Shown here: positions 1 to 6,917 of the stretch, one piece after another
Layout: the number at the start of each line of letters is the position of its first letter
Position numbering within the stretch: the first letter of the stretch is position 1
NCBI GenBank assembly: GCA_046481735.1
Contig: JAWOJI010000087.1
Coordinates: forward strand, 1-36,145
DNA: 36,145 bases
Source of the DNA: Desulfatiglandales bacterium
GTDB lineage: Bacteria > Desulfobacterota > DSM-4660 > Desulfatiglandales > HGW-15
Direction: 5' to 3'
The notes under the pieces: generated by a model
Databases searched by the model: none
Told to the model about the DNA's origin: nothing
What the model saw: the letters and a program-made list of their open reading frames with translations, nothing else
Translations under genes and position numbers: made by a program

Positions 1-147
1 TCCGAAAACACCATACCTGGCGATCTCCATCACATTGGTCACCTTTTCCACCTTCGCATCCACGCCGCTTTCTGCAACAGCCTCCCGAACATTCTTGTCC
101 GTCTGCTCACATCTGCGGCATCCAGGACCAAGGACTTTAATATCCAT
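1..147 (-). CDS. thioredoxin-like redox-active disulfide protein (small TM0996/MTH895-type); C-terminus cut by window edge
   Basis: Not in the ORF track because it runs off the window. Reverse-strand translation from ATG (147-145) gives MDIKVLGPGCRRCEQTDKNVREAVAESGVDAKVEKVTNVMEIARYGVFG..., with a GPGCxxC redox motif. AGGAGG (revcomp of 155-160) lies 7 nt upstream. It is co-directional with the ArsR gene upstream. Confidence 0.7.
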   Translation of the reverse strand, partial: MDIKVLGPGCRRCEQTDKNVREAVAESGVDAKVEKVTNVMEIARYGVFG

Positions 148-272
148 TGTAAAACCTCCTTCCGTAAGCACCGATCATTTGGGTACCGGAACAAACACGG
201 CCGCTCGCCTTTTCACCGAACGAATCATTTTTTAGGAACGGATATTTCTGAGAAAATTGGTATGCTAACATA

Positions 273-653
273 TCACTTTCCAGCTATGCAAGACCTTTGC
301 TTGGAGCTTTGCTTGGAGCAAAGTTTTTCCCGGTTGAGCGAAGGAATTAGTTCCCTGATGCGAACAATATCGGGTTCTTCCTCCAACCAGTGTCTCAGAT
401 TACCAAGAAGAGTTGCGACGAAGGGGTTGGCTCTACCGTCTGCAAGGTAGTAATTGACCCACAATCCATCCTTCTCAGATCGAACCAGTGCGGCCTTTTC
501 GAGAACCTTGAGATGCTTCGAAGCCGTAGGCTGCGCAACCCCGAGGGCGGCCTTGATCTCGCAGACGCAAAGCTTTTTATGCTGAAGCATTTTGAGAATT
601 CTGATCCGATTCGGGTCGGAAAGAGCCTTCATGACGGACAAAAAGGCCTGCAT
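273..653 (-). CDS. arsR: ArsR/SmtB-family metalloregulatory transcriptional repressor
   Basis: ORF 273..779. I place the start at the internal ATG at 653 (MQAFLSVMKALSDPNRIRILKML...) because GAGGAGG lies 5 nt upstream, and there is no RBS before the ATG at 779. It has a winged-HTH ArsR signature (PNRIRIL, QPTASKHLKVL) and the CVC metalloid-site motif (KLCVCEI). Confidence 0.8.
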   Translation of the reverse strand: MQAFLSVMKALSDPNRIRILKMLQHKKLCVCEIKAALGVAQPTASKHLKVLEKAALVRSEKDGLWVNYYLADGRANPFVATLLGNLRHWLEEEPDIVRIRELIPSLNREKLCSKQSSKQRSCIAGK

Positions 654-779
654 CTGTTCCTCCTCATATAGCTCTTTAGCAATATATTTGTTGAATAAGG
701 GCAAGTCAAGAGGGTTGTTGCACTTCACCTTTCCCCCAGTTGGAAGATGGGTTGGCGCCTCGGTGCCAGGTTTCCGCAT

Positions 780-1057
780 TGCTTAATATAATTAGGCAAT
801 TCTTGAAAAAATGATAAGCAAAATAAAAAACCGTAATAATAATATGCTATTATAATTCCTAATGTAAATAAGTTTCTGCTTGACAAGGGGCTTGTTATTG
901 TAAACAATGACAATTCATAAAGGAGTACTGCAGCTCAAATGAGCTTTTTTCATGGGATTTCTTAAAATCATTAGATATAGATATATGCTGCAATTATAGT
1001 GTGTTACAAGAAATATCCGGCAATCATTTCGAAGATATCCGATAAATCCTAGGCTGC
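780..1057. promoter_or_regulatory. AT-rich divergent intergenic control region between arsR (-) and tetR (+)
   Basis: This 278-bp stretch is markedly AT-rich compared with its flanks. It contains TTGACA at 880-885, the small palindrome ATTGTaaACAAT at 897-908, and a short repeat ATATCCGg/ATATCCGa at 1013-1042. No clean -10 box could be assigned. Confidence 0.35.
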
Positions 1058-1771
1058 ATGGACATGGCCAACCGTAGTACCAGAGAAGACACCAAGAACC
1101 GCATCATCGAGTCAGCCAAGAAGCTTTTTGCAGAACAAGGCTATCAAAAGACGACGGTGGTGGACATCTCAAAGCAGGCCGGCCTTTCGGAGGCGGCCTT
1201 GTACGAATATTTTCAGGGAAAAGAGGACCTGCTTCTTGCCATTCCAGATCTCTGGGTTTCGGATCTCCTGGAAGATGCCAGAGAGCAGCTCTTTGGAATC
1301 AGGGGGGCTGAGAACAAGCTGAGGAAATTCCTCTGGTGGAATCTGCGACGGATCGAACAAGCCCCGCTTGACGCCAAGATCGTCTATCTGTTTTTGAAAA
1401 CCAATGCCAATTTCATGAGCACGCCGGTTTATGCCAATGTGAGGAAGCTCTACGCCTACCTTTTGGACATTTTCGAAGAAGGGAAAAAAAGCGGAGAAAT
1501 GAAGGAGACGTTGAATACCTATGCAGCCAGGGACATTTTTGTAGGCACCATGGACCACATTGTCACCCGGTGGCTTCTGAAGGACATGAATTATTCCTTG
1601 TTTGAGAACCTGGAAGCGTTGTTCGAGCTCATGGTAGACGCTTTCAGGGCAAGAACGCTGCAGGGGAAGGAATGCAGGGCTGAAAACGGGGTCAACGGCG
1701 AAGGGCGGGAGCACCGAAGTGCGATGGTGAATGGAACAATGGAACAAAGGCGGGTTGAGGGCGTCTATTAA
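1058..1771 (+). CDS. TetR/AcrR-family transcriptional regulator
   Basis: The N-terminal HTH is typical of the family: RIIESAKKLFAEQGYQKTTVVDISKQAGLSEAALYEYFQGKEDLL. At 237 aa it has a longer C-terminal tail than usual. Confidence 0.85.
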   Translation: MDMANRSTREDTKNRIIESAKKLFAEQGYQKTTVVDISKQAGLSEAALYEYFQGKEDLLLAIPDLWVSDLLEDAREQLFGIRGAENKLRKFLWWNLRRIEQAPLDAKIVYLFLKTNANFMSTPVYANVRKLYAYLLDIFEEGKKSGEMKETLNTYAARDIFVGTMDHIVTRWLLKDMNYSLFENLEALFELMVDAFRARTLQGKECRAENGVNGEGREHRSAMVNGTMEQRRVEGVY

Positions 1772-1798
1772 CCGGTCAATTTTTCAAGGAGGGTGAAC

Positions 1799-3787
1799 AT
1801 GGCAAAGGTATTGTTTCAGTGGGACTATTCAAAATATCCCGGGGCGGAGAAATACCCCCACCTGTTCAAACCGATACAGGTCGGCGGTTTGACGGTTCCC
1901 AACCGCATCGTGTACGCGGCTACCGAGGACAATCTGAACAGTCACGACGGTTTCGTGACCGACGCGGATGTGGCCTACATGCGGAGCAGGGCTGAAGGCG
2001 TTGTGGGGGGGATGTGCTTCATGCAGGGAGTCTACATGGACCCTGAGCGTAAAGGCCAGGGATATGTGGGGCAAGCCGCATGCTGGGATGACAAGTTCGT
2101 TCCTGGATTGAGGCGTCTTGCCGATGCGATCCATGGGGAAAAAGCAATCGCAGGCTTCCAGCTCATGGATTGCGGTCGGGTGGGCGCTGTGGAGGTCCCC
2201 TTCGGCAAGGGACCCTCTGCGGTACCCCAGCGCTTGAGAATCTTCCGGCCCATGCATGAGATGACCAAGGATGAGATCAAGACCATGATCCAGCAGCATC
2301 TGGATTCTGCAAGACGCGGCCTTGAAGCCGGATTCGACGTGATCGAGATTTCCGGGATCGTGGGCTATCTCATTTCCAACTTCATCTCAAGCTACACCAA
2401 CCGCAGGACGGATGAGTATGGAGGAGATATTCGGGGCAGGATGAAAGCGGTGGTGGAAATCATTGAAGGGCTGAAAAAGATTTGTCCCAAAGATGTTCCT
2501 GTCGGGATACGCCTTTGCGCTGAGGAACTGCTTGACGATGTGCGCGGCAACACGCCGGAAGAATCGATGATGTCCTACAAGATCGCGGAGGAGGCAGGCG
2601 TCGATTACATCAGCGTTACCGCGGGCTGGCAGGAGTCTATCGTTCCGGTCATCAGCCGCGATGTCCCACAGGGAAGCTGGCTCCACTTGGCAAAGCGCTC
2701 AAAGGAAAATGTGAAAGTGCCCATCATGATGGCCTACAGGCTGTTTGATCCGGCTATTCCTCATGCAGCCGTTGAGAAGGGCGAGCTCGACATGTGGCAG
2801 ATGTGCCGCCCCATGATCGCAGACCCCCTGATGCCGAAGAAGGTGCTGGAGGGGAAGGAAAAGGAGATCCGGTGGTGTGTGGCTTGCAACCTCTGCCTGG
2901 CCCGCCTGTTCCGGGACGCTCCCATGACCTGTTACATCAACCCCCTGTGCGCCCACGAACATGATCCCAAGTTCACCAGTCCTCCGGCTGCAGAGGAGCA
3001 AAAGAACGTCATGATCGTCGGCGCCGGCCCTGCAGGGTTGGAGTGCGCCTATACGGCCGCCCAGAGGGGCCATGAGGTCCATGTCTACGACAAGAGAGAG
3101 AATCTGGGAGGGACCCTTCTGGAGGCTTCGAAAGCGCCTTACGGCGACAACGAACTCTTCACCTGCATCGACTACCAGAAAGTCATGTGTGAAAAGGCTG
3201 GTGTCAGCTTCCATTTAGGGACTGAGGTCACGGAGGATCTCATTCGGGATGAACTCCCAGACAGCGTGGTTCTCGCGACCGGCCCGGTTTACGCCAAGCT
3301 CAGTGTCCCGGGATCCGAGGGAGTGAAGGCGGTCACAGTCCTGGATGTGCTCAGGGGCGACGCCCGAGTGGGCGAAAAAGTTCTCGTGTGGGGCACCAGG
3401 AAACCCGGCATCGGTGTGGCGCTGCACTTGGCCAAGCAGGGCAAGAAAGTCACCATCGCGGGCAAGGAGAAGTCCGCAGGTTTTGACATCAACCCCTCTT
3501 TCAAATGGCGGTATATGATCTATCTGAGACAAAACGGAGTGAAGGCTTACAATGACGTTACGATCGACGAGATCCAGGGCAATGAAGCGATCCTCAAGAC
3601 CTTTGACGGGTTCCGATTCCCTGTGAAATTCGATACTCTGGTGGTGGCGGAAAGAGGGCCCAACGAGAATCTCAAGAGCGTGGTTCAGGGAGAGGGCATT
3701 GAGCTCTTCGTCATTGGTGATGCGCTTGTACCCCGCAACCTTTCCAGCGCGGTGCACGATGGATTTCGCATTGGAATAAGGATTTAA
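1799..3787 (+). CDS. old-yellow-enzyme family FMN/[4Fe-4S]/FAD oxidoreductase (2,4-dienoyl-CoA reductase / 2-enoate reductase / naphthoyl-CoA reductase-like)
   Basis: The ORF track starts at GTG 1793. The ATG at 1799 is better spaced from AAGGAGG (1787-1793). It has an OYE TIM-barrel N-terminus (PNRIVYAATEDN..., HGEKAIAGFQLMDCGR). A Cys motif CVACNLCLARLF...C...C follows, as in the FadH/enoate-reductase [4Fe-4S] site. Next comes a dinucleotide fold, VMIVGAGPAGLECAYTAAQRGHEVHVYDKRENLGG. The second Rossmann-like motif looks degenerate (VLVWGTRKPGIGVAL). Confidence 0.85.
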   Translation: MAKVLFQWDYSKYPGAEKYPHLFKPIQVGGLTVPNRIVYAATEDNLNSHDGFVTDADVAYMRSRAEGVVGGMCFMQGVYMDPERKGQGYVGQAACWDDKFVPGLRRLADAIHGEKAIAGFQLMDCGRVGAVEVPFGKGPSAVPQRLRIFRPMHEMTKDEIKTMIQQHLDSARRGLEAGFDVIEISGIVGYLISNFISSYTNRRTDEYGGDIRGRMKAVVEIIEGLKKICPKDVPVGIRLCAEELLDDVRGNTPEESMMSYKIAEEAGVDYISVTAGWQESIVPVISRDVPQGSWLHLAKRSKENVKVPIMMAYRLFDPAIPHAAVEKGELDMWQMCRPMIADPLMPKKVLEGKEKEIRWCVACNLCLARLFRDAPMTCYINPLCAHEHDPKFTSPPAAEEQKNVMIVGAGPAGLECAYTAAQRGHEVHVYDKRENLGGTLLEASKAPYGDNELFTCIDYQKVMCEKAGVSFHLGTEVTEDLIRDELPDSVVLATGPVYAKLSVPGSEGVKAVTVLDVLRGDARVGEKVLVWGTRKPGIGVALHLAKQGKKVTIAGKEKSAGFDINPSFKWRYMIYLRQNGVKAYNDVTIDEIQGNEAILKTFDGFRFPVKFDTLVVAERGPNENLKSVVQGEGIELFVIGDALVPRNLSSAVHDGFRIGIRI

Positions 3788-3801
3788 GGAGGAGGTTTAC
3801 C

Positions 3802-4326
3802 ATGGCATTTGATGCGGAAAAAGAAATTACGAAATTGTGGGGGAATCTGCGCAGCGCCCAGAGTGAGATCGGCCGCACCTATTTCAGGTGGCGGCAGGCG
3901 GCACTGGCCCTGGCGGGACCCGACGCAAACCCCCTGGATGTGAGTTTAAAGGCGGCCGAAGTAATCGGCAAAGAACTGGGAAAGCAATCCCTCCCCCGGC
4001 TCAACTGGCTGAAGGGCGAAGAAGCCTGGTTGAGGAGTCTTGCCGGAGGCATTGCCGCCCAATGGATTATGCAAGGGGCTGTCGTGAAGGTGGAAAAGGG
4101 CGAAAAGCCTACCGAAGTTTTCATTACATGGGACAGATGCCCCTGGCCCTCGTATGCCAAAGAATACGGCGTCAAGATGGAGGAGGATGTGCTGTGTTGC
4201 GACAGAATCCTTCAAAGCATCCTTCCCGATGTGAATGTCTTCTTCAACGTCAACTATAAGATTGAAACGTTAAAGGCGATTCCCAGAGGGCAGGGTGTTT
4301 GCCTCAGACGACTGTTTAAAGCTTAA
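3802..4326 (+). CDS. hypothetical Cys-containing protein, possibly ATC-hydrolase-like (PF14196-like) fold
   Basis: A strong RBS (AAGGAGGAGG) sits upstream of ATG 3802. The C-terminal pattern RCPW...(x20)...LCCD...(x40)...GQGVCLRRLF resembles my memory of the L-2-amino-thiazoline-4-carboxylate hydrolase family. This assignment is unverified. Confidence 0.55.
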   Translation: MAFDAEKEITKLWGNLRSAQSEIGRTYFRWRQAALALAGPDANPLDVSLKAAEVIGKELGKQSLPRLNWLKGEEAWLRSLAGGIAAQWIMQGAVVKVEKGEKPTEVFITWDRCPWPSYAKEYGVKMEEDVLCCDRILQSILPDVNVFFNVNYKIETLKAIPRGQGVCLRRLFKA

Positions 4327-4343
4327 TACAGAGGAGTGAAAAA

Positions 4344-4550
4344 ATGGCTGCTCAAATAGATCCCAAGAAGTGTACCATGTGTGGAGGGTTAGTCCAGCCG
4401 TTGTGTGTTGAAATATGCCCTGATTCCGCGGTCAGGGTGCAGGACAGCCGAGTGGTGGTCACGGAATTCCTGTGTGAGGACTGCAATGAGTGCGGCGTGG
4501 TCTGCCCGGACAGGGCCATAACGGTGACAGTGGATAAAGTCACTTTTTAA
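4344..4550 (+). CDS. 2x[4Fe-4S] ferredoxin (first cluster motif with extended spacing)
   Basis: Motifs are CTMCGGLVQPLCVEICP (CxxCx7CxxxCP, an Alvin-type-like insertion) and CEDCNECGVVCP (canonical). RBS is GAGGAG. Confidence 0.85.
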   Translation: MAAQIDPKKCTMCGGLVQPLCVEICPDSAVRVQDSRVVVTEFLCEDCNECGVVCPDRAITVTVDKVTF

Positions 4551-4630
4551 CACACGGTCGACGGGCCATGCCATCTCCGGCTGCACCATCCGGGGATGGC
4601 CGGCCTTCCCTTTTTCAAGGAGGCGATACG

Positions 4631-5068
4631 ATGAAGGTCAACAAGATAGATCATATCTGCATTGCGGTGAAGAACCTGGATGAAGCCAGAAAGGTCTGGG
4701 AACCCATCATGGGAAAAGCGAAGGCGGACGACGAATACATTGACGAACCCGAGAAGATCAGGGTGGCGAGGTATTGGGTTGGTGAAGTGGGTTTCGAGCT
4801 GATGGAATCCACCACGCCTGACGGTGATGTGGCCAAGTTTATTGAGAAGAACGGTGAGGGCGTGATGCTTATCAGCTTTAATGTGGACAACACCAGGAGC
4901 GCCGTTGAGGAGTTGAAAGGCAAAGGCTATCCCTTCATCCCCGACAAGCGGGGAGAGGTGGCCAGACCTTTCCGGGATTGCGAATTTGCCTTTATCCATC
5001 CCAAGAAGGTCAACGGCGTGCTCCTGGAACTCATCGACTACAAATGGGAAGAGCTTAAAAAGCGGTAG
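4631..5068 (+). CDS. VOC/glyoxalase-family protein, methylmalonyl-CoA-epimerase-like
   Basis: The track ORF starts at 4568. I place the start at ATG 4631 (MKVNKIDHICIAVKNLDEARKVWEPIMG) after AAGGAGG. The layout is epimerase-like (IDHICIAV ... GFELMES ... KFIEKNGEGVMLISFNV ... LLELIDY). Confidence 0.75.
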   Translation: MKVNKIDHICIAVKNLDEARKVWEPIMGKAKADDEYIDEPEKIRVARYWVGEVGFELMESTTPDGDVAKFIEKNGEGVMLISFNVDNTRSAVEELKGKGYPFIPDKRGEVARPFRDCEFAFIHPKKVNGVLLELIDYKWEELKKR

Positions 5069-5091
5069 CGAAAACAAACAGGACCCCTTGC

Positions 5092-5301
5092 ATGGGAAAG
5101 CAATATATTCCGTACGAAGTCTATCTGGTCTACGTCGATTTGGACAAGTGCGACGGATGCGAGCAATGCATCGTCTATTGCCCGGTCAATGTTTTTGATT
5201 TTTCCATCAAGGCTTATCCCAACCGGCCCCAAAACTGTCTGGGGTGCCGGACCTGCGAGGCGGTCTGCAAGTCCAAAGCAATCATTATTACGGAAATATG
5301 A
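5092..5301 (+). CDS. 2x[4Fe-4S] ferredoxin
   Basis: Motifs are CDGCEQCIVYCP and CLGCRTCEAVCKSKAI. Length is 69 aa. Confidence 0.8.
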   Translation: MGKQYIPYEVYLVYVDLDKCDGCEQCIVYCPVNVFDFSIKAYPNRPQNCLGCRTCEAVCKSKAIIITEI

Positions 5302-5410
5302 ACTGACGGCGCAAGGCACACGGGACAAGGCGGGGCGCTCAAACTGAACATGCAGGTGTTTGCCGCGACCCGTGCACCTTGTACCGTGCACCGCTTGTTG
5401 AGGTGAGTTT

Positions 5411-6775
5411 ATGACGGATGCAATCATGATCATCGGCGCGGGCGTTGCGGGCATTAATTGCGCCCTGAACGCCGCAAAATACGGGGCAAAAGTCTATCTA
5501 GTGGATGATACGGCGAGCATCGGGGGCATGATGGCAAGGCTCGACAAAACCTTTCCCACCAATGACTGCTCGATCTGCATTGAGGCGCCCCAAATGTACG
5601 AGGTGGACAATCACCCCAATATCGAGATCCTCACCAGCACCGAGGTTCGGAAGGTCTCGAAGGCGAACGGCGGTTTTAAAATCCGTCTTGTCAGGAAGGC
5701 GAAGTTCATCGACGAGGAGAAGTGCACGGGATGCCGCGCATGCATGGACGCCTGCCCGGTCAGCGTGCCTGATGAGATGGACGGCAAGATCGGCGGAACC
5801 CGCAAGTTGATCTACATGCCCTTTCCCCAATCCGTCCCGAACAAGGCCGTCCTGGATCCCGACTGCCGGTACGGAAAAAAGAGGTCCGAAGGATCCTGCG
5901 TTGGGGGATGCGTGGTGGATTGCAGCCAATGCCGGGAATGCCCGATTGCTCTTTGCGTTGCCGCATGCCGGAAGGAGGGGAAAGACGCGGTTCGGTTGTG
6001 GCAGGCCAACAAGAACGTGGACCTGGAAGTCAAAAGCATCGTGGTGGCCACGGGGATCATTGATGCAAAGCCTCCCAAGGGACTGCACGGATATGACGTT
6101 TACGACAACGTAATCACCAACACACAATTTGAGCGGTTGATGAATGCGGGTGGCCCTACGGCCGGTCAAATCATCAGGCCCTCGGACAAAAAACACGCCC
6201 ACAAAATCGCCTGGATCCAATGCGCCGGGAGGGGCTTGGACCACGGCACGCCCTATTGCTCCAAGGTCTGCTGCATGATAGCCACCAAGCAGGTCATTAT
6301 TTCCAAAGAGCATGACCCGTCCGTGGAGACAACCATCTATTACAATGATCTCAAAGCCTACGGCAAAGGGTTCTGGGGTTTTTATCAAAAAGCAAAGGAG
6401 CATGGAGTCAAGTATGTGCGGGCCAGGCCTTACGATGTGTTCGAGCTTCCCGAAAGCAAGAACCTGTTGATTCGCTACGAGGACCTGGATACGGGAGAGC
6501 TGAGAAAAGATGAAGTGGAGCTTCTGGTCCTGTCCACGGGGCTCATCCCGAGCGATCGAAACGAAAGGCTTGCAAAGATTTTGAAGATACGGCTTGGGAA
6601 GCTCGGTTACTTTGAAGAGAAGGATCCTTTCCTGTCCCCCCTGGAGACGGACGTGCCGGGAATCTATCTTTGCGGCGGCGCCACAGGTCCGATCGACATC
6701 TCGGAGTCGGTGGTTCAGGCTACGGCGGCGAGCATGAAAGCGATTCTCCATGGAGCCGAAAAAGCGGCGGCTTAA
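5411..6775 (+). CDS. HdrA-like FAD/FeS oxidoreductase (heterodisulfide reductase subunit A family, lacking the N-terminal Cys-cluster domain)
   Basis: It has IMIIGAGVAGINCALNAAKYGAKVYLVDD (FAD fold), DKTFPTNDCSICI (HdrA signature), CTGCRACMDACP (ferredoxin insert) and YCSKVCCMIATKQ (HdrA CC motif). RBS is GAGGTGAG. Confidence 0.85.
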   Translation: MTDAIMIIGAGVAGINCALNAAKYGAKVYLVDDTASIGGMMARLDKTFPTNDCSICIEAPQMYEVDNHPNIEILTSTEVRKVSKANGGFKIRLVRKAKFIDEEKCTGCRACMDACPVSVPDEMDGKIGGTRKLIYMPFPQSVPNKAVLDPDCRYGKKRSEGSCVGGCVVDCSQCRECPIALCVAACRKEGKDAVRLWQANKNVDLEVKSIVVATGIIDAKPPKGLHGYDVYDNVITNTQFERLMNAGGPTAGQIIRPSDKKHAHKIAWIQCAGRGLDHGTPYCSKVCCMIATKQVIISKEHDPSVETTIYYNDLKAYGKGFWGFYQKAKEHGVKYVRARPYDVFELPESKNLLIRYEDLDTGELRKDEVELLVLSTGLIPSDRNERLAKILKIRLGKLGYFEEKDPFLSPLETDVPGIYLCGGATGPIDISESVVQATAASMKAILHGAEKAAA

Positions 6776-6917
6776 GGAGAAGGAAACAGAATGCAAAAAG
6801 CGGAATACAGGAGGCAGCAGGACAACCCTCTTCATGACCCCACCAATATTGAGGGTCCATTCCATAGATTCTGTATCCAGAACTCCTGAATTCTCAGTGT
6901 TGTGCGAGGAACATTCC

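Noticed and set aside
6750-6917. N-terminal extension of the HdrA-MvhD ORF overlapping the upstream gene
   Set aside because: The conserved HdrA N-terminal motif begins right after ATG 6918, which has its own RBS. The extension is basic, low-complexity sequence.
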